Positions 50,822-59,265 of a DNA stretch of 64,000 bases are shown here, piece by piece. Location of the stretch: assembly GCA_033720855.1 (NCBI GenBank), contig JAWWBR010000003.1, positions 3,614-67,613 of the forward strand. Reading direction: 5' to 3'. Below the pieces are notes generated by a model. It was not told the DNA's origin and did no database searches. It saw only the letters and a list, made by a program, of their open reading frames with translations. The first letter of the stretch is position 1, and every line of letters starts with the position of its first letter. This stretch comes from Alphaproteobacteria bacterium. Lineage in GTDB: Bacteria > Pseudomonadota > Alphaproteobacteria > SMXQ01. The position numbers were made by a program, and so were the translations under genes.

Positions 50822-51086
50822 CACACGCGTTCCTTTTTCATCAATCCGGCCACGGCGCCACCCTGCCACCCGGGGGTACGGCTGGGCCACGGGACCTCTC
50901 GCGTCAATGGCCTCAAGCAAAAGGCTTTGGGCCCTGCGCGACGCTAACCTGAATTTATTGACGAAAAGTTATCCCTTACCGTGACCGAACAGATGGAGGA
51001 CGGCTCCGGTCCGATAAGCCCTTGCCGGCGGCTCCGCGTGTGAGCAGTTGCTATAATCCAGCCCGAAACTGAAGGGAGGTCCCATC

Positions 51087-51773
51087 ATGCGCCTGACCTT
51101 GACCGAGTGGCAGGATTTTGCCTTCGTTCAACTTTCCGCGGAAGCGGCACCCGATGGGGATCCGCGGACCGAAACCGAAAGCCTGTTCGCGGAATTTTCC
51201 CAAGCGCTCGCTGCCGAGGATCTATCGCTCGCCAACACCGTGCGGAGCCGGATTTATGGGCGCGACCGAAGTGCCCGGGATGCCGCCAGCGACGTTCGTC
51301 GGGACGCGCTTTCGGGGCGAGCACGGGCCGCGACATCGAGTTACATCGCACCGTCGAGGTTCGCATCGAAAGCCAGCGTCGCCATGGACCTGATCGCACT
51401 ACGGCCCGCCCCCGGGCTTGACAAGGTCATCCGCGAAAACGATCCCCCGAGGCTTCCCTGCCGGTACCTGACTTGTGGCCCGCTGATCGTCTTCTCCGGA
51501 CAGACCGCTGTCCTGCCCGGTCTGGAAACCCAACTGGAGACCGATATCCTGCCGCGATTAACCGCGTATTTGGACGAGGCGGGCAGCACTTGGAAGCAAG
51601 TTGTCCGGACCGTCTGCTATCTGCACACCAGCCAAAGCCCCAAGCGCCTGCACGAAATTCTCGATAATCAACTCCCCTGCCTTCCCCAGCGATTGGACGT
51701 CCGTTTCGTCGACGGGTACTCCGCAGAGGGCAAGCTGGTCGAGGTCGAGGTGACGGCCCTACGCGAGCGCTGA
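51087..51773 (+). CDS. RidA/YjgF-family protein (two RidA-like segments)
   Basis: The C-terminal half matches the RidA pattern (FSGQTA...L.EAGS...VV.T.C.L...). An N-terminal degenerate repeat of the same fold is suggested. Confidence 0.45.
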   Translation: MRLTLTEWQDFAFVQLSAEAAPDGDPRTETESLFAEFSQALAAEDLSLANTVRSRIYGRDRSARDAASDVRRDALSGRARAATSSYIAPSRFASKASVAMDLIALRPAPGLDKVIRENDPPRLPCRYLTCGPLIVFSGQTAVLPGLETQLETDILPRLTAYLDEAGSTWKQVVRTVCYLHTSQSPKRLHEILDNQLPCLPQRLDVRFVDGYSAEGKLVEVEVTALRER

Positions 51774-51922
51774 AGGGCCGCAGAACGCATTGCTCCGGAG
51801 CCTCGGTCTTGCAATAGGACTATGATGCGGTTTTTTATCCGCATAACCTTCCTTCCGCTTGAGGGGCACCCATAAACAGGCATGAGCGTCCTAAGCGATC
51901 AGAAATAGGGGAGCATATCCGC

Positions 51923-52747
51923 ATGGAAAACACCGCAAACAGCGCCGCGGAACAAGCAATACAAATTATCAGTGCCTACGGGCTGAACGTCGTGGGTGCA
52001 ATCATCATCCTCATCGTCGGCTTCGTTGTCGCGGGCTGGGCGGCTCGCTTGACCAGCCGGGCGCTCGGCAAAACCGAAAAGATCGACGAAACCATCAGCC
52101 GATTTCTTGCCAGCCTGGTCCGCTATGCCGTGATCATCTTCACGGTCCTGGCGGTACTCGACCGCTTCGGCGTCGAAACCACAAGCTTCATCGCCGTCCT
52201 GGGTGCCGCGGGGTTGGCCATTGGCCTCGCGTTCCAAGGCACGCTCAGCAATATCGCCGCCGGCGTCATGCTGCTTCTTTTCCGTCCGTTCCGTATCGGC
52301 CAGTTCATAGAGGCGGCGGGAATAGCGGGCACGGTGGAATCGATCACCCTGTTCATGACCGAACTGAATACGCCCGACAACGTTCATATCATCGTTCCCA
52401 ATGGTCAACTGTGGGGCGCCGCGGTGAAGAATTTCAGCCACAACACAACGCGACGCGTCGACATCAATGTCGGGATCGGTTACGACGATGACATCGGCAA
52501 GGCCTTCACGGTGATCAAGGATCTCGTCTCCAGCGACAGCCGCGTCCAAGGTGATCCGGAGCCTATGGTTATGGTGACCGGGCTCGGCGACAGTTCCGTC
52601 GACCTTCAGATACGTATGTGGTGCGCCGCGTCGGATTACTGGCCGCTCCGCTTTGATCTGACCCGGCAAGTCAAGGAAAGCCTGGATAACGCCGGCATCA
52701 CCATACCTTATCCGCAACGGACGGTTCATATGGTGGCCGAATCCTGA
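51923..52747 (+). CDS. small-conductance mechanosensitive channel (MscS family)
   Basis: 3 TM helices plus MscS beta domain (NFS..T.RVDI.VGI.YD.D). Confidence 0.8.
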   Translation: MENTANSAAEQAIQIISAYGLNVVGAIIILIVGFVVAGWAARLTSRALGKTEKIDETISRFLASLVRYAVIIFTVLAVLDRFGVETTSFIAVLGAAGLAIGLAFQGTLSNIAAGVMLLLFRPFRIGQFIEAAGIAGTVESITLFMTELNTPDNVHIIVPNGQLWGAAVKNFSHNTTRRVDINVGIGYDDDIGKAFTVIKDLVSSDSRVQGDPEPMVMVTGLGDSSVDLQIRMWCAASDYWPLRFDLTRQVKESLDNAGITIPYPQRTVHMVAES

Positions 52748-52824
52748 CACGCGTCGGGACTGTTGCCGAGACGCCATGACGCCGGCCAATCACACCATCG
52801 GGTGGGACTGAGGAAGGAGACACT

Positions 52825-53805
52825 ATGGGAGACCTCACTCTCGATATCGCAATAAGCGATTACGACCACGTTCGAGACCTCGTCGATGGCAAGGTCAAGG
52901 CCCCGGGCATTGCCCTCAACCACATTGACCTTCCGGTAGAGGATATCTTCTCTCGCTTCACCGAGCACCGCGAATGGCATGTATCGGAAATGTCCCTCGC
53001 CCGTTTTGTCTCCCTGACCTCTCAGGGCGACGAAAACCTGACGGGGATTCCGGTGTTCCCGTCGCGGTTCTTTCGCCAACACGCGATTTACGTGACTTCC
53101 GATAGCCCTTTGACCTGCGCCGCGGACTTGGCCGGAAAAAAAGTCGGCATCCCGGAATGGGTCCAGACCGCGATCGTCTACGTTCGCGCCTGGCTCATGC
53201 ATGATGTCGGCATCCCGATGGAAGACATCCAGTGGTTTCGTGCGGGGATAAACAGTCTTTCCAATTGGAGCCAGGTCAAGGGGATCATCCCAGAAGGGGT
53301 ATCCTATCAGGAGGTGACCGACCGATCGCTGATGGACATGTTGCTGACGGGAGATTTGGACGCAGTGATCTGCGCCCACCCGCCCGACCTGTTCCAGGCG
53401 AGAGATCCCCGCATCCGGCGCTTGATCGCCGATTTTCAGCCCCTTGAGGAAGCCTATTGGGAAAAGGAAAAGATCTTTCCGATGATGCATACGGTGGCCA
53501 TCCGCAGGGATGTCTACGATGCCCACCCGTGGATCGGCCCCAGCCTGTTCGGTGCCTTTAGCGAAGCCAAGAACCGAAGCCTGGAACGCGCACTGGACGG
53601 CAACATATGCCGCTTCCCGATCCCTTGGTGTTTTGCCTATGCGGAAAAATCACGAGACATGTTCGGCGACGACTTCTGGCCTTACGGGGTGGAGGCGAAC
53701 CGCCCAACCCTCGAGGCTTTCGTGAGGTTCTGCGACGAACAAGGCGTGACCCACAGGCCCGTCTCCGTGGACGAACTTTATCCGAAAAACGTGCTCGACC
53801 TGTGA
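52825..53805 (+). CDS. NMT1/THI5-like periplasmic-binding-fold protein, 4,5-dihydroxyphthalate decarboxylase (PhtD)-like
   Basis: N-terminal LTLDIAISDYDHVRDLVDGKVK matches the PhtD-like family signature; cytoplasmic (no signal peptide). Confidence 0.4.
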   Translation: MGDLTLDIAISDYDHVRDLVDGKVKAPGIALNHIDLPVEDIFSRFTEHREWHVSEMSLARFVSLTSQGDENLTGIPVFPSRFFRQHAIYVTSDSPLTCAADLAGKKVGIPEWVQTAIVYVRAWLMHDVGIPMEDIQWFRAGINSLSNWSQVKGIIPEGVSYQEVTDRSLMDMLLTGDLDAVICAHPPDLFQARDPRIRRLIADFQPLEEAYWEKEKIFPMMHTVAIRRDVYDAHPWIGPSLFGAFSEAKNRSLERALDGNICRFPIPWCFAYAEKSRDMFGDDFWPYGVEANRPTLEAFVRFCDEQGVTHRPVSVDELYPKNVLDL

Positions 53806-53844
53806 TCCTGCAGCCCGGTGAGGAGGCACAAAGTGGGCCTAGCT

Positions 53845-54759
53845 TCACCGGTCGTCCGTGGGGCCTTCAGGGTCGGTGGCGTCATCGGATTCGCCTTCGG
53901 CGAAATCTTCGAAAACACGATCGTGGAATGCACTCGGATCGCCGACAATGGCTTTCGACTCCGCGCCGTGCGCACCGCTCTGTGCAGCAGTGGTCGCAAG
54001 GCGACGATAGGACCTGACCGAAAAGGGGATCGAGACAAGGTATAGGAACAAGAACACGGACATGGTGACCCACGTCGCCATCGCCAGCAGGGCGGCGATC
54101 AAGCCGACCGAGAGGAGGAAGGGCATAACCAATCGGTGGGGCACCCGGGCCTGTTTCAGGGCGAAGGTGGGAATGCGGCTGATCATGAGGACGGCGACAA
54201 AAACCATGACCGGAATATTGACGACCGGGTGGGCCAGGGCGGCGTTGTCGAAAGCGAAACTCAAGATCATCGGCAGAAGAACCAGTCCGCCGCCGGCGGG
54301 GGCCGGCACGCCGGTAAAAAAGTTGGAGGCCCAGGCCGGCATGTCGGAAATTCCTAGCCGCGTATTGAACCGCGCAAGGCGCAGTGCCGCACAGACCACG
54401 AAAACAAGGGTAATTATCCAGCCCAGTTCCTGAGCGCCGTGGAGGGACCATAAGAAGACAAGCAGTGCCGGCGCCACGCCAAAGCTGACGAAATCGGATA
54501 GTGAATCCAATTCCGCACCGAATTTGGTCGATCCACCCAACAGTCGCGCCACGCGCCCGTCCAGTGCATCGAGGACGGCGGCAATAACTACGGCGAGCAC
54601 GGCAAATTTCCATTTGCCCTGGTAGCCATAAAGGATTCCGGTTAGTCCGGCGCAAAGCGCCAGAACCGTCAAAATGTTGGGAATCAGCCTGTTGAAATGG
54701 AGTCCTCTCAACCGTTCCCGGGTCTGTGATGCGACCTTCCGTCTGGGCCTTTGTGTCAT
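53845..54759 (-). CDS. pssA: CDP-diacylglycerol--serine O-phosphatidyltransferase
   Basis: CDP-alcohol phosphatidyltransferase motif DALDGRVAR...GAELDSLSD; downstream of psd. Confidence 0.8.
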   Translation of the reverse strand: MTQRPRRKVASQTRERLRGLHFNRLIPNILTVLALCAGLTGILYGYQGKWKFAVLAVVIAAVLDALDGRVARLLGGSTKFGAELDSLSDFVSFGVAPALLVFLWSLHGAQELGWIITLVFVVCAALRLARFNTRLGISDMPAWASNFFTGVPAPAGGGLVLLPMILSFAFDNAALAHPVVNIPVMVFVAVLMISRIPTFALKQARVPHRLVMPFLLSVGLIAALLAMATWVTMSVFLFLYLVSIPFSVRSYRRLATTAAQSGAHGAESKAIVGDPSAFHDRVFEDFAEGESDDATDPEGPTDDR

Positions 54760-55466
54760 GGGGCGATGTCTCCATCCTTTGGCAGGGACGCGTCGTCGCC
54801 GGGCGCGTTTGCGTGTTCCCTTCGCGCGATAACGGTCTCGCCGGCGGTGACGATGCGCCCAGCCGACACACAGGCATCGTAACCGTCGGGCAAATAGACG
54901 TCGACGCGGCTACCGAAGCGGATGATGCCGAATCTCTCCCCGCGGCGAACCGTCTGACCGGCATCGATCGTGCTGCGAATGCGGCGCGCGATCAGACCAG
55001 CGATCTGGACGACGGCCAAATCCTCGCCGGTGTCGAGCCGCATATGGATGGAAAGTCGTTCGTTATGCGCGCTTGCCTTGTCGAAAGACGCGTTAAAAAA
55101 TCGCCCCGGCCGATAAAACGTATTGACGACGGTCCCATCGGCAGGAATGCGGTTCACATGGACATTGAAGATGTTCATGAAAATGCTGATCCGCGTTCGC
55201 GGCGCGACCCCCATGCCCAGCTCCTCGGGCGGTGGGGTCATGGCAATAGGAAGAACCCGACCATCGGCCGGAGCAACGATCACCGCCGCCGCATCCGGAG
55301 GGACCCGATCGGGATCACGAAAGAACCAGACACACCAGACGCTGATAACGGTTCCCGCCCCGCCCAGCGGCGGCCAAATCGCCCATAGCGCGGCTGTCGC
55401 CAGCAGGAAACTGGCAATGATGGGCCAACCTTGACGATGGATGGGTAGGCGCATGTGAGCGATCAC
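54756..55466 (-). CDS. psd: phosphatidylserine decarboxylase proenzyme (short form)
   Basis: ~235 aa; GERFGIIRFGSRVDVYLP contains the G-S self-cleavage region; psd-pssA operon. Confidence 0.8.
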   Translation of the reverse strand: MIAHMRLPIHRQGWPIIASFLLATAALWAIWPPLGGAGTVISVWCVWFFRDPDRVPPDAAAVIVAPADGRVLPIAMTPPPEELGMGVAPRTRISIFMNIFNVHVNRIPADGTVVNTFYRPGRFFNASFDKASAHNERLSIHMRLDTGEDLAVVQIAGLIARRIRSTIDAGQTVRRGERFGIIRFGSRVDVYLPDGYDACVSAGRIVTAGETVIARREHANAPGDDASLPKDGDIAP

Positions 55467-55662
55467 TATTCCTGCGTGTTCGGGGCGCGCGAGTGTAGCC
55501 TATCTCCACTCGCTTGCTAAGGGCGGCCTTGGCACTCGATGCCCTGACGGTATCCTGCGGCGACCGGTTTATCCCTTGGCCAAAGGCCGTTGTCTCTGAG
55601 GGCAAGACCGCGCAGACCCCCACATTAACCGGTTTTAAACGCGGCACTGATAGGTAACCGCG

Positions 55663-56214
55663 ATGGCTATCGAAGCATCGCATAGGTCTTGCCACGCGCC
55701 CCTGCAGACCATCAGCGCCTTCGCCCTGACGGCGAGCAAGGGCGTCTGCACCGTCGATTTCGGGTCCCTACCCCAGTCTAACGATATCCTCAGCGATATC
55801 GGTGGGAATGGGTGCAAATTCCTGTTCTCTTATGGCGAATTGCCGGTTGCCGGAGAAATTTGTGCCGATGGTGCGCCCGAACTGCGTCTTCAGATTGACG
55901 CAGGGGCGATCCCTTACACCATCGAATCGCGGGATGGACGTGAACGTCTGCTTCATGTCAGCAAGGCGTTAAACGGCCTCAACAGCACGGCCTTCAGGGT
56001 CGAACCGGGTCAGTACATTCGCGTTCGTGCGAACGCGCCACTTGAACCTCCGGTGACCGCGGCGCAGCTGCTCGCTTCCATCGTCGGCCTATTGTTGGAG
56101 GTCCATCCCGTTCTGCAGTGCCTTGCAGAATACCTTCCAGACCTCGCAGGGGTGATCCCGAATTGGCAATCGGCCAGCGAGACAGCACCGCAGGGTAACA
56201 GGCCGGGAGCCTGA
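55663..56214 (+). CDS. hypothetical protein
   Basis: 183-aa ORF with no recognisable motif in a region otherwise free of convincing genes; coding status unverified. Confidence 0.3.
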   Translation: MAIEASHRSCHAPLQTISAFALTASKGVCTVDFGSLPQSNDILSDIGGNGCKFLFSYGELPVAGEICADGAPELRLQIDAGAIPYTIESRDGRERLLHVSKALNGLNSTAFRVEPGQYIRVRANAPLEPPVTAAQLLASIVGLLLEVHPVLQCLAEYLPDLAGVIPNWQSASETAPQGNRPGA

Positions 56215-56257
56215 TTGCGGTCAGCGCCGAACCGCGACGGCATAGAACTCAATCCGA

Positions 56258-57373
56258 CTAATTCAGAGATGTTTTCCGCGGTAGGGTAAAAATCTGGCCG
56301 GGATAGATCAGGTCGGGATCGCGGATCTGGTCCTTGTTTGCCTCATAAATGACCGTGTACTGCAACCCGCTGCCATAGGTCGAGCGCGCGATCCTCCACA
56401 GGCTGTTTCCCGGTTGGACCACCTTGATGCCTCCGGCTGGGAGGTCCTTTATGGAGGCGGCCCGGCTGAAGGGTATCTCGATCCGGCGTGCGACCCGCCC
56501 ATGGGACTGCAATTCGTCCACCCGCAGCCTGTAGGTGCCCGGCGCCACGGGCTTTTCCGGGCGGAAGGACCAACGGCCGCGGGCGTCAGCCACGGCATCG
56601 CCAAGTGGCGTATTATCCAGATAGATGCGGACCCGGGCGCCGGGACGGGCCGCGCCACCGACAACGATCCGTCCCTCACGATCATAGTCGATGCTATCGA
56701 CGGACAGTGCCCCACCCTTATCGGCCGCGGAGGCCCCTTCGCCTGAGGTGCCCGGCTTCTGCAAAACGCGGCTTGCCATTGGGCCGCCGGTCTCACCTTC
56801 TTTGGGGCCCCTCGGCACCTTCAGCGCGATCGCACCGGAGGGGCGAGTGACGGCACGCCCGGCCACATCGCGGCCGGGCTCAGGAACCACAAGCACGACG
56901 TCACCGGCAGACTCCAGGACCGAACCGTCGGGCAATTTCGCCCGCAGGCGCAATCGTCTCCCTCCCGGCGGCAACGGCTTGGCCGGCACCAGGACCCATT
57001 CGCCCCTCGCGTCGGCCGTCACTTCGCCGACGACGGTAGCCCCATCCATCACCGTCACGCGCGACCCCGGCGCCGCGCGCCCCGCAATCACCGCGTTGCC
57101 GTCCGGCCCGATCCGGACAATGTCGAAACTTGGCAACCGCCCACGCCCCAAGGCGTCGGGCGGGGCAAGGCCATCGGGTGATGCCCGTTCGGGCGTTGGC
57201 AACCCGATAAAACCGCCCCTCGGGCCGTCGGGGCCACCGGCGGCGTTAACGGAGGGCGCTCCCGCTTCCGGCTGGCTCGACTCATCGTCATCCCAAGACG
57301 CGTAGAAGTTCAGCGCCAACGATGCAGCAAGCACCATGGCACCTACGACGGCGATAACGAGGGCCCGATTCAC
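56258..57373 (-). CDS. LysM peptidoglycan-binding protein with Ig-like repeats
   Basis: C-terminal LysM (YTVIYEANKDQIRDPDLIYPGQIFTLP). Two internal ~45-aa Ig-like repeats (GEVTADARGEWVLVP / GDAVADARGRWSFRP). N-terminal TM anchor. Confidence 0.7.
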   Translation of the reverse strand: MNRALVIAVVGAMVLAASLALNFYASWDDDESSQPEAGAPSVNAAGGPDGPRGGFIGLPTPERASPDGLAPPDALGRGRLPSFDIVRIGPDGNAVIAGRAAPGSRVTVMDGATVVGEVTADARGEWVLVPAKPLPPGGRRLRLRAKLPDGSVLESAGDVVLVVPEPGRDVAGRAVTRPSGAIALKVPRGPKEGETGGPMASRVLQKPGTSGEGASAADKGGALSVDSIDYDREGRIVVGGAARPGARVRIYLDNTPLGDAVADARGRWSFRPEKPVAPGTYRLRVDELQSHGRVARRIEIPFSRAASIKDLPAGGIKVVQPGNSLWRIARSTYGSGLQYTVIYEANKDQIRDPDLIYPGQIFTLPRKTSLN

Positions 57374-57491
57374 GTCGGCCGTTTCCCTTTTTGCGCCCAG
57401 CCCCGCAAGAAAAACTCATGGCATGTCTTTTCGGGCCGGATGGATAACCTAGCTTTTCACCTTGCAGGGTGCAACGGTCGCGGCCTCCCGC

Positions 57492-58490
57492 TCACCTCGT
57501 GCCCGATGCCGCCTTCGGTTTGGCTGAGGGCTGGAACACGACCGGTTTCAAGGATTTCAGGTATTCGGCGATTGCCCGCCGATCGTCATCGGTAAGCTTG
57601 GAGGTCCCGTACTCGACCACGTCGGCCATGAGAGAGCCGAATTCATCGCCGTCCGGTAGCGACCCAGACTCGAGGGAATCCACGATTTCGTCAAAACTCC
57701 ATCGGCCGATCCCGGTCTTCAAATCGGGCGTGATATTTGGCACCCGCTCCCCCTCGGGGCCATCGGCGTTGCCGCCAAGCCAAAGCTTGCGCCTTAAGCC
57801 CCCGAGCGCGGTGCGCGGCGTGTGGCATTCGCCGCAATGGGTCACGGCCTCGACCAGATAGGCGCCCCTGTTCCAACTTTGGGAACGCCCGGGCTCGGGC
57901 ACGTAAGGCCCCTTGCTGAGATAAAGGACCTTCCACAGCCAAACGCCCCAGCGAATATTGAATGGAAAATTGAGCTCATGCCTGCGGCTTGGCCGCGCCA
58001 CCGGCGGCACCGTCAGCATATGGGCCCAAAGATCCTTGAGATCGCGGTCGGTCATGAGGGTGAAGGACCCGTAGGGAAAGGACGGATAGTAATGGCGCCC
58101 GTCCGGGGAAACCCCCGCGCGCATGGCGCGGATGAAATCGCTTTCGCTCCAGGCGCCGATGCCGAACGTCTTATGTGGGCTGATATTGGGACCGTAGAAC
58201 GTGCCGAAAGGCGATTTGATGGGCGCCCCGCCGCCCAGTAGCGGTCCCTTTTTGCGCCGGTCGGTATGACAATTTGCGCAGCCCGCGGCATCGAACAGGT
58301 ATTTCCCGCGCTGGGCATCGCCTGCCTCGGCGCCACCGACCAACCCGGGCGGCAATATCGCAATGAACGAGACAGCGACAGCGGCAAAGATCCCTCGATA
58401 GAGAGAGGCGAACCGGATCATGGCCGGGCTATTTCCATATTTGGGCAAATGAAAAGGCCGCCGAGTCCCCTCGGCGGCCCTTACCATCAA
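57492..58490 (-). CDS. diheme c-type cytochrome
   Basis: Two CXXCH motifs (CANCH, CGECH), each in a class-I cytochrome c-like domain; N-terminal signal/TM. Confidence 0.7.
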   Translation of the reverse strand: MMVRAAEGTRRPFHLPKYGNSPAMIRFASLYRGIFAAVAVSFIAILPPGLVGGAEAGDAQRGKYLFDAAGCANCHTDRRKKGPLLGGGAPIKSPFGTFYGPNISPHKTFGIGAWSESDFIRAMRAGVSPDGRHYYPSFPYGSFTLMTDRDLKDLWAHMLTVPPVARPSRRHELNFPFNIRWGVWLWKVLYLSKGPYVPEPGRSQSWNRGAYLVEAVTHCGECHTPRTALGGLRRKLWLGGNADGPEGERVPNITPDLKTGIGRWSFDEIVDSLESGSLPDGDEFGSLMADVVEYGTSKLTDDDRRAIAEYLKSLKPVVFQPSAKPKAASGTR

Positions 58491-58493
58491 AAC

Positions 58494-59003
58494 TTATTTG
58501 GGTTTTGGCCCGCGGTACCGCTTGTGGCAGCCGCCGCAGCCCATCGCCTTCATCGCCGCGCTGACGCCTTTGGCGTCCCCGGCCTTGGCGGCCTTGGCGC
58601 CATCGGCCGCCGCCTTTTGCATCTTGGTCAGGCGCTTGTTGAAATCGGCTTCGTTCTGCCAGATAGCCGGCTTGGCGCGCCCCTTGACCATGTCGCTGCC
58701 CGACCCCTTGGGCCAGATGCCCGTAAGCTGCTTGGCAAGGGCTGCGATCTTCTCTGCCTGCGCGACCTCGGCGGGGCCTATGCTGCCGGCCTTGGCCTTC
58801 TTGCGAAGCCCCTTACGGGCGCCGCTGATCGCCTTCATCAGTTTCCGGCGCTTTTCGGAAATAGCCTGAGCATTAGTTTGGGCAATGGTCACTGCTTGCC
58901 CTTCGGCCTTGGTCGTATCCGCCTGACTTGCGCTTGCAAGCGCCAGGGTTCCGGCCAAGAGCGCCGCCAGGGCAAATGTCGGAACAAGGAATCGAACTTT
59001 CAT
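58494..59003 (-). CDS. class II cytochrome c (cytochrome c'/c-556-like)
   Basis: Signal peptide MKVRFLVPTFALAALLAG, helical ~145-aa mature protein with a single CGGCH heme site at the extreme C-terminus. The track ORF is overextended upstream; the start at 59003 is inferred from frame arithmetic. Confidence 0.6.
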   Translation of the reverse strand: MKVRFLVPTFALAALLAGTLALASASQADTTKAEGQAVTIAQTNAQAISEKRRKLMKAISGARKGLRKKAKAGSIGPAEVAQAEKIAALAKQLTGIWPKGSGSDMVKGRAKPAIWQNEADFNKRLTKMQKAAADGAKAAKAGDAKGVSAAMKAMGCGGCHKRYRGPKPK

Positions 59004-59185
59004 GTATACCTCCTGATTATCGGGCCGGTGGCCGACCAACCCCTTGCGATCACACCACCGGCAGCATCTTAGGCACCCCCCTACATGAAAAATCCCTCTC
59101 CACCGGGCACGAAACACGGCGAGCCGGAATCGACACGGGATACCGCAGACGCAATCAAGACGACAAATTGGGGCATGATCAAGGC

Positions 59186-59265
59186 AGCGTGAGGGAAGGT
59201 CGCGGTTTCCTAGCCGGCGATGGATGGTTATAACCCCGACAGGTCGTGTAGGAGCGTGAGGGAAG
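59186..59265 (+). repeat. 13-bp direct repeat AGCGTGAGGGAAG x2 (59186-59198 and 59253-59265) in the cytochrome c' / LOG divergent promoter region
   Basis: Identical 13-mers 67 bp apart; the second copy supplies the LOG gene RBS. Confidence 0.4.
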
